Below, in pieces: positions 10,012 to 21,065 of a stretch of DNA of 64,000 bases; position 1 is the stretch's first letter, and every line of letters begins with the position of its first letter. The position numbers were made by a program, and so were the translations under genes. The notes beneath the pieces were generated by a model. The model was given only the letters and a program-made list of their open reading frames with translations. It made no database searches and was not told where the DNA came from. This DNA comes from Syntrophorhabdaceae bacterium (lineage in GTDB: Bacteria; Desulfobacterota; Syntrophorhabdia; Syntrophorhabdales; Syntrophorhabdaceae): positions 4,640,001-4,704,000 of the forward strand of contig OY762209.1 in the NCBI GenBank assembly GCA_963665295.1. The letters run 5' to 3'.

Positions 10012-11343
10012 ATGTTTGAGAAATTACAGGAAAGATTAGAGACAACCTTCAAGAAGCTCAGGGGATACGGCAAGCTCTCCGACGCCAACATCAAGGACTC
10101 CCTGAGAGAGGTGAGAATTGCCCTCCTCGAAGCGGACGTCAATTATAAGGTGGCAAAAGACTTTCTCGACAAAGTCAAAGAGAAAGTGCTCGGCGGGGAA
10201 GTGCTCACGAGTATCACTCCTGGGCAACAATTCATAAAAGTCGTCTTCGATGAACTCTGCGAGCTTCTGGGAAAGGTCAACAAGCCCCTCGATGTGGCCG
10301 GTTCGCCCCCTGTGGCCGTCCTTCTTATAGGGCTCCAAGGGTCCGGAAAGACCACCACTGCGGGAAAACTTGCACTCATGCTCAGGAAGAAAGGACGGAA
10401 GCCCCTTCTTGTCGCCACCGACGTGTACAGGCCTGCTGCCATCGACCAGTTGATCAAGTTAGGCAACCAGATCAACGTGGCGACCTTTTTCCTGAAGGAC
10501 AGCCTGGACCCTCTTAATATTTGCAAGGAAGCCAAAGCCTATGCAATGAAGAACGGCTTTGACACTATGATAGTGGATACCGCTGGAAGGCTCCACATTG
10601 ACGACACCATGGTCAATGAAGTGGCGGCGCAAAGAAAATACCTGAACCCCAGAGAAACCCTTCTCGTCCTCGACGCGATGACCGGTCAGGACGCGGTCAG
10701 CATAGCCGGGGCTTTCAATGAGAAGGTGGGCGTAGATGGCGTCATCCTGACAAAGCTTGATGGAGACACCAGAGGCGGAGCTGCCATCTCCATAAAGGCG
10801 GTAACAGGGAAGCCCATAAAATTGGTTGGTATCGGCGAAAAACTCGACGCCCTTGAGCCCTTTTATCCGGAGAGAATGGCCTCGCGGATTCTCGGCATGG
10901 GCGACGTAGTCTCCCTTGTAGAGAAGGCCCAGGACGTTTTCGACGAGAAGAACGCCCAGGAACTCGAAAGGAAGATCAGAAAGGATGAGTTTACCCTTGA
11001 AGACTTCCAGCAGCAACTTAAGCAGATGAAGAAACTCGGTTCCATGGAATCGATTATGGGCATGATCCCGGGGCTCAACAAAATGAAAGGCTCCATTGAC
11101 TTTGGTGCGGCCGAAAAAGACATGAAGAAAACCGAAGCCATAATCAATTCCATGACCCGCAAAGAAAGAATCTATCCGAACATCATCGACGGAAGCCGGC
11201 GCGTGAGGATAGCGAAGGGGAGCGGCACCAAGGTTCAGGATGTGAACGAACTTATGAAAAAGTTCATGGAAACAAAGAAAATGATGAAGAAATTTACAAA
11301 GGGGGGCTTGAAAGGCCTCCAAAAACAGTTATTATTAAAATAG
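10012..11343 (+). CDS. ffh: signal recognition particle protein
   Basis: [22 protein letters not shown] and [10 protein letters not shown] motifs; Met-rich M domain with [11 protein letters not shown]. Confidence 0.99.
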   Translation: MFEKLQERLETTFKKLRGYGKLSDANIKDSLREVRIALLEADVNYKVAKDFLDKVKEKVLGGEVLTSITPGQQFIKVVFDELCELLGKVNKPLDVAGSPPVAVLLIGLQGSGKTTTAGKLALMLRKKGRKPLLVATDVYRPAAIDQLIKLGNQINVATFFLKDSLDPLNICKEAKAYAMKNGFDTMIVDTAGRLHIDDTMVNEVAAQRKYLNPRETLLVLDAMTGQDAVSIAGAFNEKVGVDGVILTKLDGDTRGGAAISIKAVTGKPIKLVGIGEKLDALEPFYPERMASRILGMGDVVSLVEKAQDVFDEKNAQELERKIRKDEFTLEDFQQQLKQMKKLGSMESIMGMIPGLNKMKGSIDFGAAEKDMKKTEAIINSMTRKERIYPNIIDGSRRVRIAKGSGTKVQDVNELMKKFMETKKMMKKFTKGGLKGLQKQLLLK

Positions 11344-11354
11344 GAGGTGGCCAA

Positions 11355-11609
11355 TTGGCTGTTAAATTCAGACTGACGCGCTACGGATCAAAGAAAAAAC
11401 CGTTTTACAGGATTATAGTTGCCGACAGCAGATCCCCGAGAGACGGCAGGTTTATCGAAAAAGTGGGCACATATGATCCCCTGAAAGATCCTGCACAGAT
11501 AACCCTTGATAAGGAAAAGATAAAGACCTGGTATGCCAAGGGCGCGAGGCCCACGAAGACGGTCGAAAACCTGTTCAAGAAAGAAGGGGTGCTGAAGGAG
11601 TTGGGCTAG
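11355..11609 (+). CDS. rpsP: 30S ribosomal protein S16
   Basis: [44 protein letters not shown] start. Confidence 0.99.
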   Translation: MAVKFRLTRYGSKKKPFYRIIVADSRSPRDGRFIEKVGTYDPLKDPAQITLDKEKIKTWYAKGARPTKTVENLFKKEGVLKELG

Positions 11610-11637
11610 CATACTAAATCATGGAGGTGGGATCGTG

Positions 11638-11868
11638 TTGAAAGAGCTAATCGAATACATCGCAAAGGCATTGGTGGACAATCCCGATCAAGTGAAAGTG
11701 TCCGAGATCGAAGGCGAGAAAACATCCGTGATAGAACTAAATGTTGCAAAAGATGACCTTGGAAAGGTAATCGGCAAACAGGGCAGAACCGCAAGAGCAA
11801 TGAGAACTATTCTGAGCGCAGCTTCCACAAAGGTGAAGAAGAGAGCGGTTCTAGAAATCATCGAATAA
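11638..11868 (+). CDS. khpA: KH-domain RNA-binding protein KhpA
   Basis: [16 protein letters not shown]...[13 protein letters not shown]; canonical position between rpsP and rimM. Start is GTG-11635 or TTG-11638. Confidence 0.95.
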   Translation: MKELIEYIAKALVDNPDQVKVSEIEGEKTSVIELNVAKDDLGKVIGKQGRTARAMRTILSAASTKVKKRAVLEIIE

Positions 11869-12368
11869 TGAGGTACATCCCAGTCGGTAGGACGCTCGCT
11901 ACCCACGGTTTAAAAGGGGAAGTCAAATTCAGGTATTACAACGACGTAAAGGAAGATTTTCTGAAATATGCAACGCTGTTCGTCAGGCAGGAGAGCCTGT
12001 ACGCAGAACTCGAACTGGTAGGGAAAAGGTTCCAAAAGGGTCTCTTTTATATCAGCTTTAAAGGACTGGACAGCCCGGAGGAGGTCTTCCCGCTCCTGGA
12101 CAAGGAATTGTTCGTGAGAGAGGAAGACCTCCCTCGTTTAGAACAAGACGAATATTACGATTATCAGTTGGTTGGCCTCGACGCAGTAGACAGGGGCGGC
12201 ACAAAGGTGGGAAGCGTGAAAGCGGTGGTTCATACAAAAGCGAATGATCTCCTCGTGATTACAACTGGAGGGGAAGAACTTTTTATCCCTCTCATGGAAG
12301 AGTTTATCTGCAAGATCGATCTCGAAGGCTCGTCAATCATGGTGGACGAGAGCGCTCTTACCACATGA
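11868..12368 (+). CDS. rimM: ribosome maturation factor RimM
   Basis: THGLKGEV, EYYDYQLVGL and ANDLLVI..FIP motifs; synteny. Confidence 0.95.
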   Translation: MRYIPVGRTLATHGLKGEVKFRYYNDVKEDFLKYATLFVRQESLYAELELVGKRFQKGLFYISFKGLDSPEEVFPLLDKELFVREEDLPRLEQDEYYDYQLVGLDAVDRGGTKVGSVKAVVHTKANDLLVITTGGEELFIPLMEEFICKIDLEGSSIMVDESALTT

Positions 12369-13099
12369 TTTTTACCATTTACACCCTATTCCCCAATCTC
12401 TTCAGTTCCCCCCTTCAGGAAAGCATCATCAAGAAGGCTGCGGACAAGGGGCTGGTCCGGTTCAATATTGTAAACATAAGGGATTTTGCCGAAGACATCC
12501 ATAGAACATGCGACGATAACCCCTACGGAGGCGGTCCGGGCATGGTTATGAAGATAGAGCCCATCCACCGCGCCATGGAGCACGTGGAGCGGACCATGGG
12601 AAGGTCGAAGTCGGTGCTCCTTACGCCTCAGGGCAGAATATTCGACCAGTTCACCGCGGAGAGGTTTGCGAGGGTTCCCCATCTGAGCCTCATCTGCGGA
12701 CGGTACGAGGGCGTGGACGAGAGGGTGCTCAGCCTTGTCGATGAAGAGGTGTCCATTGGCGATTACGTCCTTTCCGGAGGAGAAGCGGCGGCCCTGGTGC
12801 TGATAGACGCCATATCGCGTTGCATACCCGGCGTGCTCGGAAACGACCAGTCAACAGTGGACGAGAGCTTCAAGGAACATCTCCTTGAATACCCCCAGTA
12901 CACGCGGCCCGAAGAATATCAGGGCATGGTGGTCCCCCCGGTTCTGCTTTCCGGCAACCACGAAGAGATCCGGAAATGGCGCAGGGAGGAATCATTAAAA
13001 AAAACCGTCCTGAAACGGCCCGACCTGATGGACAGGTTCATGCCCACAAAGGAAGACGAAAAGCTTTTGCGTAAGGTCATGGAGGACATCTCTGAATAA
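12365..13099 (+). CDS. trmD: tRNA (guanine37-N1)-methyltransferase
   Basis: DDNPYGGGPGMV, ICGRYEGVDER, SIGDYVLSGGE and LLEYPQYTRP motifs. Confidence 0.98.
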   Translation: MIFTIYTLFPNLFSSPLQESIIKKAADKGLVRFNIVNIRDFAEDIHRTCDDNPYGGGPGMVMKIEPIHRAMEHVERTMGRSKSVLLTPQGRIFDQFTAERFARVPHLSLICGRYEGVDERVLSLVDEEVSIGDYVLSGGEAAALVLIDAISRCIPGVLGNDQSTVDESFKEHLLEYPQYTRPEEYQGMVVPPVLLSGNHEEIRKWRREESLKKTVLKRPDLMDRFMPTKEDEKLLRKVMEDISE

Positions 13100-13667
13100 C
13101 GTAAGCATAGCGGTTATCCATTATCCCGTGTACGACAAGAACGGCGAGATTGTGGCTACGAGCGTAACCAACCTTGAAATACATGACATTGCAAGAACTT
13201 GCATGACATTTGGTATAGGTTTGTGCTATATTGTTACGCCTCTTGTAAAACAGCGGGAAATCGCGGCAAAGCTGGTGGACCACTGGCTGAACGGATACGG
13301 CGCCGTTTATAATCCCGCCCGCAGCGAAGCCCTGAAAAAGGTTCGCGTAGTCGGGGACATCGAAGAGATGGTCAGGGATATGGAAGGCGAGCCCCTCATA
13401 GTAGGGACTTCCTCCAGAGAGAGGCACGAAAAGAGAATAGGATCCAAGGAACTTTATTCCCTCATGGAAGCAGGAGAGAGGCATGTTCTTGTTCTTTTCG
13501 GGACCGGTTGGGGACTTTCGGATCAGGTGGTAGACAGGTGTGAGAAAATGCTCGTGCCGATCAAGGGAAAGGGCGACTATAATCACCTCTCTTTGAGGGT
13601 AGCGATAGGCATAATTCTTGATAGAATATTTGGTGAAAGAGGAGGATGGAATGAACGAGATGATTGA
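13092..13667 (+). CDS. SPOUT-class RNA methyltransferase (DUF2168-like); probable CTG start
   Basis: [26 protein letters not shown] and YNHLSLR motifs. The frame extends from GTG-13128 to CTG-13092, 6 nt after GGAGG. Confidence 0.85.
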   Translation: MNNVSIAVIHYPVYDKNGEIVATSVTNLEIHDIARTCMTFGIGLCYIVTPLVKQREIAAKLVDHWLNGYGAVYNPARSEALKKVRVVGDIEEMVRDMEGEPLIVGTSSRERHEKRIGSKELYSLMEAGERHVLVLFGTGWGLSDQVVDRCEKMLVPIKGKGDYNHLSLRVAIGIILDRIFGERGGWNERDD

Positions 13668-13998
13668 CTTGATAGAAAAGGAACACATGCGACTCGACCT
13701 GCCTGAAATAGGCGTGGGCGATAACGTAAAGGTGTACACAAAGATCTTCGAAGGCGATAAAGAAAGAATCCAGATGTTCGAGGGAGTTGTTATCAGAAGA
13801 AGAGGTGGGAATACGAGAGCCACCTTCACCGTGAGAAAGGTATCCTATGGTGTGGGCATTGAAAAGACATTCCCTGTCAACTCTCCCCTTATCGACAAGA
13901 TAGACATCCTGAGCAAGAGCAAGGTAAGAAGGTCAAAACTTTACTACCTGAGGGCCCTGAGAGGTAAAGCGGCAAAGCTTAAAGAAAAACGCGTGTAA
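13651..13998 (+). CDS. rplS: 50S ribosomal protein L19
   Basis: [33 protein letters not shown] and [11 protein letters not shown] motifs; GAGGAGG SD. Confidence 0.99.
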   Translation: MNEMIDLIEKEHMRLDLPEIGVGDNVKVYTKIFEGDKERIQMFEGVVIRRRGGNTRATFTVRKVSYGVGIEKTFPVNSPLIDKIDILSKSKVRRSKLYYLRALRGKAAKLKEKRV

Positions 13999-14582
13999 TG
14001 AGTTGCCCGCTGACAGGTCTGATAGGCGCCATAGACGAAGCGGGACGGGCGCCTCTCGCCGGTCCGGTAGTATCCTCGTGCGTAATATGGAAGGGTATGC
14101 CGGAAAGCAGGAGAAATGTAAAGGATTCAAAGTTACTGAGTGAGAAGCAAAGACTTGACCTGTTTCCATGGATCGCGGAGCATGCCTATGCCATCGGCGT
14201 AGGCATAGCCACCCATGAAGAAATCGACAGAATCAATATCCTGAGGGCCAGCCTCCTTTCCATGGACAGGGCTCTGCAAAATACGGGCATCAGGCCCGAT
14301 TTACTCCTCATCGACGGCACCATGGGCATCAGCAGTTTCCCTGCTTCCAGGCCTGTGGTACGAGGTGACCGGAAGTGTTTTTTCATTGCAAGCGCTTCCA
14401 TCATCGCAAAGGTGGTGAGGGATTCCATCATGGCTGTCTATCATCACCTCTATCCCCAGTACAATTTCGGACAGCATAAAGGATACCCTACCCGGCAGCA
14501 CAAGCTGGCTATCGGGGAATACGGTGTTCTTCCCATTCACAGAAAGACGTTCCGGGGTGTGAAGGAATACTGTGCCGACTAA
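13998..14582 (+). CDS. rnhB: ribonuclease HII
   Basis: DEAGR.PLAGPV, KDSKLL, IASASIIAKV.RD and HKGYPT motifs. Confidence 0.96.
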   Translation: MSCPLTGLIGAIDEAGRAPLAGPVVSSCVIWKGMPESRRNVKDSKLLSEKQRLDLFPWIAEHAYAIGVGIATHEEIDRINILRASLLSMDRALQNTGIRPDLLLIDGTMGISSFPASRPVVRGDRKCFFIASASIIAKVVRDSIMAVYHHLYPQYNFGQHKGYPTRQHKLAIGEYGVLPIHRKTFRGVKEYCAD

Positions 14583-14931
14583 GAAGGAAGAGGGAAAAGA
14601 GGGCGAGGACAAGGCCGCAAAGACGCTCAAACACGCAGGCTACAAAATACTGGAGCGAAATTACAGGAACCTCTTCGGCGAGATCGATATCATCGCCGAA
14701 GAAGCCGGTTATCTGGTATTCGTGGAGGTAAAAAAAAGAAACTCCTCGAGATTCGGAGACTCCCTTCTTGCTGTCGACGCACGAAAACAGCAACACATTA
14801 TACGGTCGGCCATGTTTTACCTGAAGGACCATAAATGTTTTGACCGGAAGATACGCTTCGACGTGGTAGGTATAGACAGGGAGCAGGTAAAGGTGATAAA
14901 ACACGCATTCATGGCGGAGCACGATGGCTGA
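14572..14931 (+). CDS. yraN: YraN/UPF0102 family protein
   Basis: GEDKA..GYKILERNYR..GEIDII..FVEVK and RFDVV motifs; synteny with rnhB. Confidence 0.93.
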   Translation: MPTKKEEGKEGEDKAAKTLKHAGYKILERNYRNLFGEIDIIAEEAGYLVFVEVKKRNSSRFGDSLLAVDARKQQHIIRSAMFYLKDHKCFDRKIRFDVVGIDREQVKVIKHAFMAEHDG

Positions 14932-14988
14932 AGAACGACCCGCTCTTACGGTGCGAGGAACACCGGGTTCTTTTGAAGGGGCTTACTT

Positions 14989-15732
14989 ATGATGGAAAAG
15001 AAGATTATGGAACTCCTCGGCAAGGTCAGGGAAGGGACGCTTCCCGTCCGGGACGCGTACGATACCCTCAAATGCATGCCCTTCGAAGACCTGGAACATA
15101 CAAAGATCGATTACCACAGGACTATCAGGAAGGGCCTCCAGGAGGTAATATTCGGGGAAGGGAAACAACCGGACCAGATCCTTGATATAATCCGCGCCAT
15201 GAGGGAAAAAGAGATGGACGTTCTCGTCACCCGCGTGGACAGCAAGGTGGGGAAAAAGGTCCGCGACCGGTTCCCCGAAGGAACATATAATGCTGATGCC
15301 CGTTGTTTCTTTATAAAAAAGGACGATACCATCAGAGGAAAAGGGACGGTCCTCGTGGTGTCTGCGGGCACGAGCGATTCGAAGGTCGCCGAAGAAGCCT
15401 ACGTCACTTCCACATTCTTCGGCAACACGACTGAAAGGTTATATGATGTAGGTATCGCGGGCATACACAGGCTTTTCGGCAACTTCGAGACCCTGAAAGA
15501 TGCGCGGGTAATCATAGTGGCGGCAGGCATGGAGGGGGCGCTGCCCTCAGTGGTGGCAGGCATGGTCGGCGTTCCTGTCATAGGCGTTCCCACCAGCATA
15601 GGCTACGGCGCGAGTTTCGGCGGTCTTACCGCCCTTCTCGCCATGCTCAACTCGTGTTCCACGGTATCCGTATTCAATATCGACAACGGCTTCGGAGCCG
15701 CTTATTTCGCGACACTGATAAACAGACTATGA
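14989..15732 (+). CDS. larB: nickel-pincer cofactor biosynthesis protein LarB
   Basis: EVIFGEGK, SAGTSD, DVGIAGIHRL, AGMEGALPSVV, PTSIGYG and NIDNGFGA motifs. Confidence 0.93.
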   Translation: MMEKKIMELLGKVREGTLPVRDAYDTLKCMPFEDLEHTKIDYHRTIRKGLQEVIFGEGKQPDQILDIIRAMREKEMDVLVTRVDSKVGKKVRDRFPEGTYNADARCFFIKKDDTIRGKGTVLVVSAGTSDSKVAEEAYVTSTFFGNTTERLYDVGIAGIHRLFGNFETLKDARVIIVAAGMEGALPSVVAGMVGVPVIGVPTSIGYGASFGGLTALLAMLNSCSTVSVFNIDNGFGAAYFATLINRL

Positions 15733-16916
15733 AAATCCTTTATCTCGACCCCATCCTTGGAATCAGCGGGGATATGACCGTCAGCGCCCTTATCGACGCG
15801 GGTCTGCCCTTCAAAGAAGTCGGCAGCCTCCTCGCAAAGCTTCCCCTGCCCCTGCCCGAAATACGGCCCCTCAAGACGCGGCAGGGCATCATCGAGGGCA
15901 CCCACCTCGACATCGCCCACTCGGACGTCCATCTCTCCCCCGCGGACATGGCAGGGCTTATAAGGGACCTGGATGAAGCGGACAGGATAAAGGACGACGC
16001 CCTGAGCATGCTCGACATCATTCTCGAAGCGGAATCGAAGGTTCACGGGGTCCCCAAAGACCAAGCCCACTTTCATGAACTTTCCCATGTCGATACGCTC
16101 ATCGATATCCTCTCCGTGGCGAAAGGCATCCATTATCTCGAAATCGACGAAGTATACTCCGGCCCCATCCCCCACGGAAGGGGCACGATCAAGACGGCCC
16201 ACGGCATTATTCCTAACCCGCCGCCCGCGACGGTGGAGATACTGAAGGGGTATAAGGCCGTCTTCCTCGACCTACCCATAGAACTGACCACGCCCACCGG
16301 GGCCGCCATCGTAAGACACTACGTGAAGGATCACGGCAGAACGCCTTCCATGACGATCCGGAAAACGGGATACGGCCTTGGATCATATAAGACCGACAAA
16401 CCCGACGCCCTGAGGGTCTTCATCGGGGATACGGCAGCCACGTCAAGCGACGAGGAAGTATGGATCATAGAGGTTGACCTCGACGACATGGAAATGGAAT
16501 ACATCGGCTCCTGCGCCGAGAAGATGAAGGCCGAAGGGGCCCTCGATGTCCTCTATTTTCCTGTATATATGAAGAAGGGACGGATAGGGATAAGACTCTC
16601 CCTGTCGGTGCCGGAAGACCGCCTGACCCATCTCGTGAATGTCGTCTTTCTTGAGACCACCACCTTCGGGATGAGGCTCAGGAGAGAAGAGAGGCGGGTG
16701 CTCAGACGGGCCGAGGAGGTCCACGATACAGCCTATGGCCCGGTAAGGGTCAAATATGGCTTCCATCCCAACGGAGACCTCCTGAAGACCCACATCGAGT
16801 TCGAAGACGTCAGAAGGATCGCCGAGGAAAAGAACATCCCCTTCAGGGTTGTACTGGAAGACCTCAAGAAGGGACTCCGTGTGCCCTCAACCACCGGACG
16901 CCCCGATCGATCATAG
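15729..16916 (+). CDS. larC: nickel insertase LarC
   Basis: GISGDM, HFHE, AHG..PNPPPAT, ELTTPTGAA, MKKGR and ETTTFG.R motifs; overlaps the larB stop. Confidence 0.93.
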   Translation: MKILYLDPILGISGDMTVSALIDAGLPFKEVGSLLAKLPLPLPEIRPLKTRQGIIEGTHLDIAHSDVHLSPADMAGLIRDLDEADRIKDDALSMLDIILEAESKVHGVPKDQAHFHELSHVDTLIDILSVAKGIHYLEIDEVYSGPIPHGRGTIKTAHGIIPNPPPATVEILKGYKAVFLDLPIELTTPTGAAIVRHYVKDHGRTPSMTIRKTGYGLGSYKTDKPDALRVFIGDTAATSSDEEVWIIEVDLDDMEMEYIGSCAEKMKAEGALDVLYFPVYMKKGRIGIRLSLSVPEDRLTHLVNVVFLETTTFGMRLRREERRVLRRAEEVHDTAYGPVRVKYGFHPNGDLLKTHIEFEDVRRIAEEKNIPFRVVLEDLKKGLRVPSTTGRPDRS

Positions 16917-17630
16917 ACTCCCCTGTTTCACCCCTTTCACGAATGCGGCGAAGGCATCCACGCCCGCTTCAAGGGCCTCCACCGCCCTGGTGCCTATGAT
17001 GGCCCCGTCCGCTGCCGTGTACGCCAGTTCCACGTCCTTCCGCTCCTTGATGCCGAAGCCGATATAGACACGAGCCCCTTTTCCGCGGGCAACCGCGATC
17101 TTCCCAACCGTCTCTTCATCAAGGGTAAAATCACCGCCCGTAGTGCCCCTTTTGGAGACGAAATAGATAAAGTCGTCCGCCCCTTCCAGCGCAAGGTCTA
17201 TGTCTTCGGCACGGCTTTCAGGCGTCAGGAACCTCACGAGGGTAATGCCCCTCTTTCTGAAACCTTCTTCGAAAAGGCCTATCTCACGCAACGGCACGTC
17301 CGCGAGAATGACTCCCAGTCCTGGGCCTATGCGCTCCGCGAATCTGTCGATACCCACACCATGGACGACATTCGCATAGGTCATTACATAGACCCTGCCT
17401 TTGAATATGCCCCTCGCCTCGTGCAGGCTTTCCGTAAAATCGTTGAGATTATTTGTCTTCAGGGTCTCATAGGAGGCCCGTTCCAGCACGTCGCCGTCTG
17501 CCACGGGGTCCGAAAAAGGGAAACCCACCTCGAGGAAATCGACTCCAAGACTCTCACATACCCTGACTGCCCCGATAAAACTATCCTTTGAAGGGAAATT
17601 TGCGAGCAAATATATGCCGAGCTTACCCAT
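16911..17630 (-). CDS. trpA: tryptophan synthase alpha chain
   Basis: [33 protein letters not shown] and ADGAIIG motifs. Confidence 0.93.
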   Translation of the reverse strand: MGKLGIYLLANFPSKDSFIGAVRVCESLGVDFLEVGFPFSDPVADGDVLERASYETLKTNNLNDFTESLHEARGIFKGRVYVMTYANVVHGVGIDRFAERIGPGLGVILADVPLREIGLFEEGFRKRGITLVRFLTPESRAEDIDLALEGADDFIYFVSKRGTTGGDFTLDEETVGKIAVARGKGARVYIGFGIKERKDVELAYTAADGAIIGTRAVEALEAGVDAFAAFVKGVKQGSL

Positions 17631-18792
17631 GATACACACCTCCTTCCTTTACTATCTCCATATCCTTGTCTCCTCTCCCGGAAAGGTTCACAATGACCGT
17701 CTTTCCCTCGAACAGGCTCGCATGGGTGATAAGGTAGCCGAGAGCGTGGGAACTTTCCAGGGCGGGAAGGATCCCTTCCAGCCTGGAGAGCAATCCGAAA
17801 GCGTGGAGCGCCTCCTTGTCAAAGCAGATATCATACTTCACCCTCTCCTTGTCTTTCAGAAAACTGTGCTCCGCGCCGACGCCCGGGTAATCGAGACCGG
17901 CGGCTATGGAATGGGCGTCTGCCACCTGCCCGAACTCGTCCTGGAGGAGGTAGCTCATGGCGCCGTGGAGTATGCCCGGCCTTCCCTGTGTCAGCGTCGC
18001 CGAGTGATGGCCCAACTCCAGGGAAGTGCCGCCCGCTTCAACGCCGATGAGGTCCACGGTCCTGTCCTTTACAAATCCCCTGAAGATGCCCATGGCGTTG
18101 CTTCCCCCTCCCACGCACGCGATCACGCAGTCGGGCAGTCTCCCTGTCTTCTTCCGTATCTGACTGCGGGCTTCCCTGCCTATCACCGACTGAAAGTCGC
18201 CCACCATGACGGGAAAGGGGTGGGGTCCCATAACGCTCCCAATGAGGTAGTGGGTAGTCTTTACGTTCTTCACCCAGTCCCGGAAGGCCTCGTTTATGGC
18301 GCTCTTCAGGGTGGCGCTCCCTTTCTCCACAGGCACCACCGACGCGCCCAGCATCTTCATCCTCTCCACGTTCACGGCCTGACGCTCCACGTCGGTTTTG
18401 CCCATATAGACCACACATTCCATGTCGAGAAGGGCGGCGACCGTGGCAGTGGCCACCCCGTGCTGGCCCGCTCCCGTTTCAGCGATGATCCTTTTTTTTC
18501 CCATGAATTTCGCAAGCATGATCTGACCGAGGGTGTTGTTTATCTTGTGGGCCCCCGTGTGGAGAAGGTCCTCCCGTTTAAGATAGACCGTGACCTCGAG
18601 GTGTCTGCTCAGCCGCTCCGCGAGGTAAAGCGGCGTAGGCCTTCCCGCGTAATCCGCGAGAAGTCCGCTCAATTCCTTCCCATATTCCTTGTTCTTCCGA
18701 AACTCCCCGTATGCCCTTTCAAGTTCGTCGAGGGCCGGCATCAGTGTTTCAGGCACGAACTGCCCTCCATAATTCCCAAAATATCTCTTCAT
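17623..18792 (-). CDS. trpB: tryptophan synthase beta chain (TrpB1)
   Basis: [37 protein letters not shown] and NLSGRGDKD motifs. Confidence 0.99.
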   Translation of the reverse strand: MKRYFGNYGGQFVPETLMPALDELERAYGEFRKNKEYGKELSGLLADYAGRPTPLYLAERLSRHLEVTVYLKREDLLHTGAHKINNTLGQIMLAKFMGKKRIIAETGAGQHGVATATVAALLDMECVVYMGKTDVERQAVNVERMKMLGASVVPVEKGSATLKSAINEAFRDWVKNVKTTHYLIGSVMGPHPFPVMVGDFQSVIGREARSQIRKKTGRLPDCVIACVGGGSNAMGIFRGFVKDRTVDLIGVEAGGTSLELGHHSATLTQGRPGILHGAMSYLLQDEFGQVADAHSIAAGLDYPGVGAEHSFLKDKERVKYDICFDKEALHAFGLLSRLEGILPALESSHALGYLITHASLFEGKTVIVNLSGRGDKDMEIVKEGGVYHG

Positions 18793-19367
18793 AGCTCTAA
18801 ACTCCTCACCCTTTTTACAAGGTTCTTCATTTTCGTTCTATCCTTCTTCCCTGGATATTCCTCAATGGAACTGACGAGGTCAATGCCGTAAGGGTCAAGT
18901 CCCAGCACGGAAGGGATGATTTCCTCACTTACTCCGCCTGCCACGAAGGCCCTTCCCAGCGCATGGTGCCCCCTGATCATTTCAAGGTCAAACCGGGTAC
19001 CCGAGCCCCCGATGCGGTCCGTGTAACTGTCAAAAAGCACGAGGCCGCCCGTATCGACGTCAGGCATCCGATCCTTCACCCGGCAGACCGATATCCTTTC
19101 CGGGAACGACATGGGGCGGTAAACCTGGGCAAGGTCCAGGTGGCAGAAGTCCACTGTCTCCTGTATTTCATCCTCGGTTTCCTCCACGAAGACACCTACC
19201 GTCTTTACTGTGCCGTCGAGCTTTTCCGTGATCTCCCGTACCAACTCGCGGCCCACGTACCTTTTGCTCGATCTGAAAAAGACAAAACCCACAAACTCGA
19301 CACCAAGATCGATCGCCGCGAGGCAGTCGTCGAGGTTCGTCATGCCACAGAACTTCAGTCTAACCAT
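18789..19367 (-). CDS. trpF: phosphoribosylanthranilate isomerase
   Basis: KFCGMT, GFVF..SKRYV, GGSG.RFD and DLVSSIE..PG.KD motifs. Confidence 0.95.
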   Translation of the reverse strand: MVRLKFCGMTNLDDCLAAIDLGVEFVGFVFFRSSKRYVGRELVREITEKLDGTVKTVGVFVEETEDEIQETVDFCHLDLAQVYRPMSFPERISVCRVKDRMPDVDTGGLVLFDSYTDRIGGSGTRFDLEMIRGHHALGRAFVAGGVSEEIIPSVLGLDPYGIDLVSSIEEYPGKKDRTKMKNLVKRVRSLEL

Positions 19368-20082
19368 GGAGCAACTCCTCGAACGTGCGGTCCAGGTCGC
19401 GGGACTTCATCAGGGTTTCGCCGATAAGAAAGGCGTTGGCCTCCTTGAACCTTTTCATGTCCTCCCTTGTCCTGACCCCGCTTTCCGCGATACGCACCGG
19501 CGCATCGACGGCGACCAGAATCTCCGCCGCCAGGTCGAGGTCGATATTCAGGGTATCGAGGTCTCGCGCGTTTACGCCCACCACGGGGGGACGGATACCC
19601 GATATCTCACGAAGCTCCTCCTTCGTGTGAAGCTCCACGAGACAGGCCAGTCCGAAGCTCTGCGCATAGGTGTGGAGGGTTTGGAGCCTTTCCCTTCCCA
19701 GGACCCTCACGATAAGAAGCACCGCGTCAGCGCCTCTCGCATAGGCATGATCTATCTGCGTTTCATGGATAATGAAATCCTTGCACAATACGGGTAGCGG
19801 CGTCTTTCCGGCCACTTCTTCCAGGAACTCGTAGCTCCCACCGAAGTACGTGCGGTCCGTAAGGACGCTTATCGCCTTCGCATACCGTGAATATGCCGCG
19901 ATCCTCCCGTCGTCTATCTCGCCGATGGGGCCCGCCGAGGGAGATTTTCTTTTCAGTTCCCCTATTATGTTAACGGGGTCCTCGAAGGCAAAGGGGACCA
20001 GGGACTTTCGCCGCGCCCCGGGTCTTATCCCCTTCAGGACTTCAACCTCCGCTTTCTTCGTTTCCAGTATTGCCCGAATCAT
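19360..20082 (-). CDS. trpC: indole-3-glycerol phosphate synthase
   Basis: IGELKRKSPSAG, ISVLTD..YFGGS, KDFII, GVNARDL, AESG and LIGETLM motifs. Confidence 0.96.
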   Translation of the reverse strand: MIRAILETKKAEVEVLKGIRPGARRKSLVPFAFEDPVNIIGELKRKSPSAGPIGEIDDGRIAAYSRYAKAISVLTDRTYFGGSYEFLEEVAGKTPLPVLCKDFIIHETQIDHAYARGADAVLLIVRVLGRERLQTLHTYAQSFGLACLVELHTKEELREISGIRPPVVGVNARDLDTLNIDLDLAAEILVAVDAPVRIAESGVRTREDMKRFKEANAFLIGETLMKSRDLDRTFEELLHG

Positions 20083-21065
20083 GCGGCAAGCTCCATCAGT
20101 TTCTCATAGGCCCTTTTGCTTTGAAGCGACTCTTTCGCAAGGATAAATGCCCTTTTCAGGTCTTCCTCAACCCCGCCGAGGACAAGGGCAAAGGCCGCAT
20201 TGATGGCAACGACATTGATCAGATCCTCGTGCTCGCCCTGGAAGACCTCCCTCGCTATCCGCGCATTGATATGCGGCTCGTAGCCTCTGACCGCATCCTT
20301 CGAAGCCGAGATGCCGAAGGTCTTGGGGTCGAATTCGAAGGTCTTTATGGACGGGCCTTTCTTGAGGAGGCACACGGTACGGTCGGATATGCTTATCTCA
20401 TCGAGCCCGTCACGGCTCGCAACGAGCATGGCATTCGGTATCCCCAGTATTTCCACTGCCCCCATGTAGGTGGGGAGGAATTCGGTCCGGAAGACCCCGA
20501 TAAGCTGGTTCTGAGGCCTTGCCGGGTTACAGAGGGGTCCCAGGAGGTTGAATATGGTCCGTCTTTTGATCTTCTGCCTGATGGGGGCCACGGATTTCAT
20601 GACGGGATGAAATTTCTGGGCAAAGAGGAAGGTGAAGTTCTTCTCCTTCAGGGACCGTTCCGCATCCGCCTTTTCCAGGGCTATGGGCACATTCAGCGCC
20701 TCAAGAAAGTCGGCGGAGCCGGATTTGGAACTCGCGGCCCGGTTGCCGTGCTTTGCCACAGGCAGGAAGATGCTGCACACAATCGCCGCTGCAGTGGATA
20801 TGTTGAAACTGCCGCTTCCGTCCCCCCCTGTCCCCACTATGTCGAGCAGGTTAGGATAGTCGTGGTCGAGATGTACTGCCCGGCCGAGGAGCGCTTCGGC
20901 GCAGGCAGCGATCTCCTGCTCTCTCTCCCCCTTTTCTGCGAGTAAAATAAGCATCTCTTCGATGTACCGCTCTTCTTTAAGACCGTCCAGTATTTCCCCG
21001 AAGACCGACCCCGCCTCGGCGAAGGTCAAGTCCTTTCCCCTTTTCAGCTTTTCAAGCCTTTCCAT
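20079..21065 (-). CDS. trpD: anthranilate phosphoribosyltransferase
   Basis: DIVGTGGDG..FNIST, AKHGNR..SS.SGSAD, RTIFNLLGPL.NP and DGLDEIS motifs. Confidence 0.97.
   Translation of the reverse strand: MERLEKLKRGKDLTFAEAGSVFGEILDGLKEERYIEEMLILLAEKGEREQEIAACAEALLGRAVHLDHDYPNLLDIVGTGGDGSGSFNISTAAAIVCSIFLPVAKHGNRAASSKSGSADFLEALNVPIALEKADAERSLKEKNFTFLFAQKFHPVMKSVAPIRQKIKRRTIFNLLGPLCNPARPQNQLIGVFRTEFLPTYMGAVEILGIPNAMLVASRDGLDEISISDRTVCLLKKGPSIKTFEFDPKTFGISASKDAVRGYEPHINARIAREVFQGEHEDLINVVAINAAFALVLGGVEEDLKRAFILAKESLQSKRAYEKLMELAA

Noticed and set aside
13021..13130. Programmed frameshift fusing trmD to the downstream methylase
   Set aside because: trmD ends normally and there is no convincing slippery site. 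A well-spaced SD plus CTG explains the second gene more simply.
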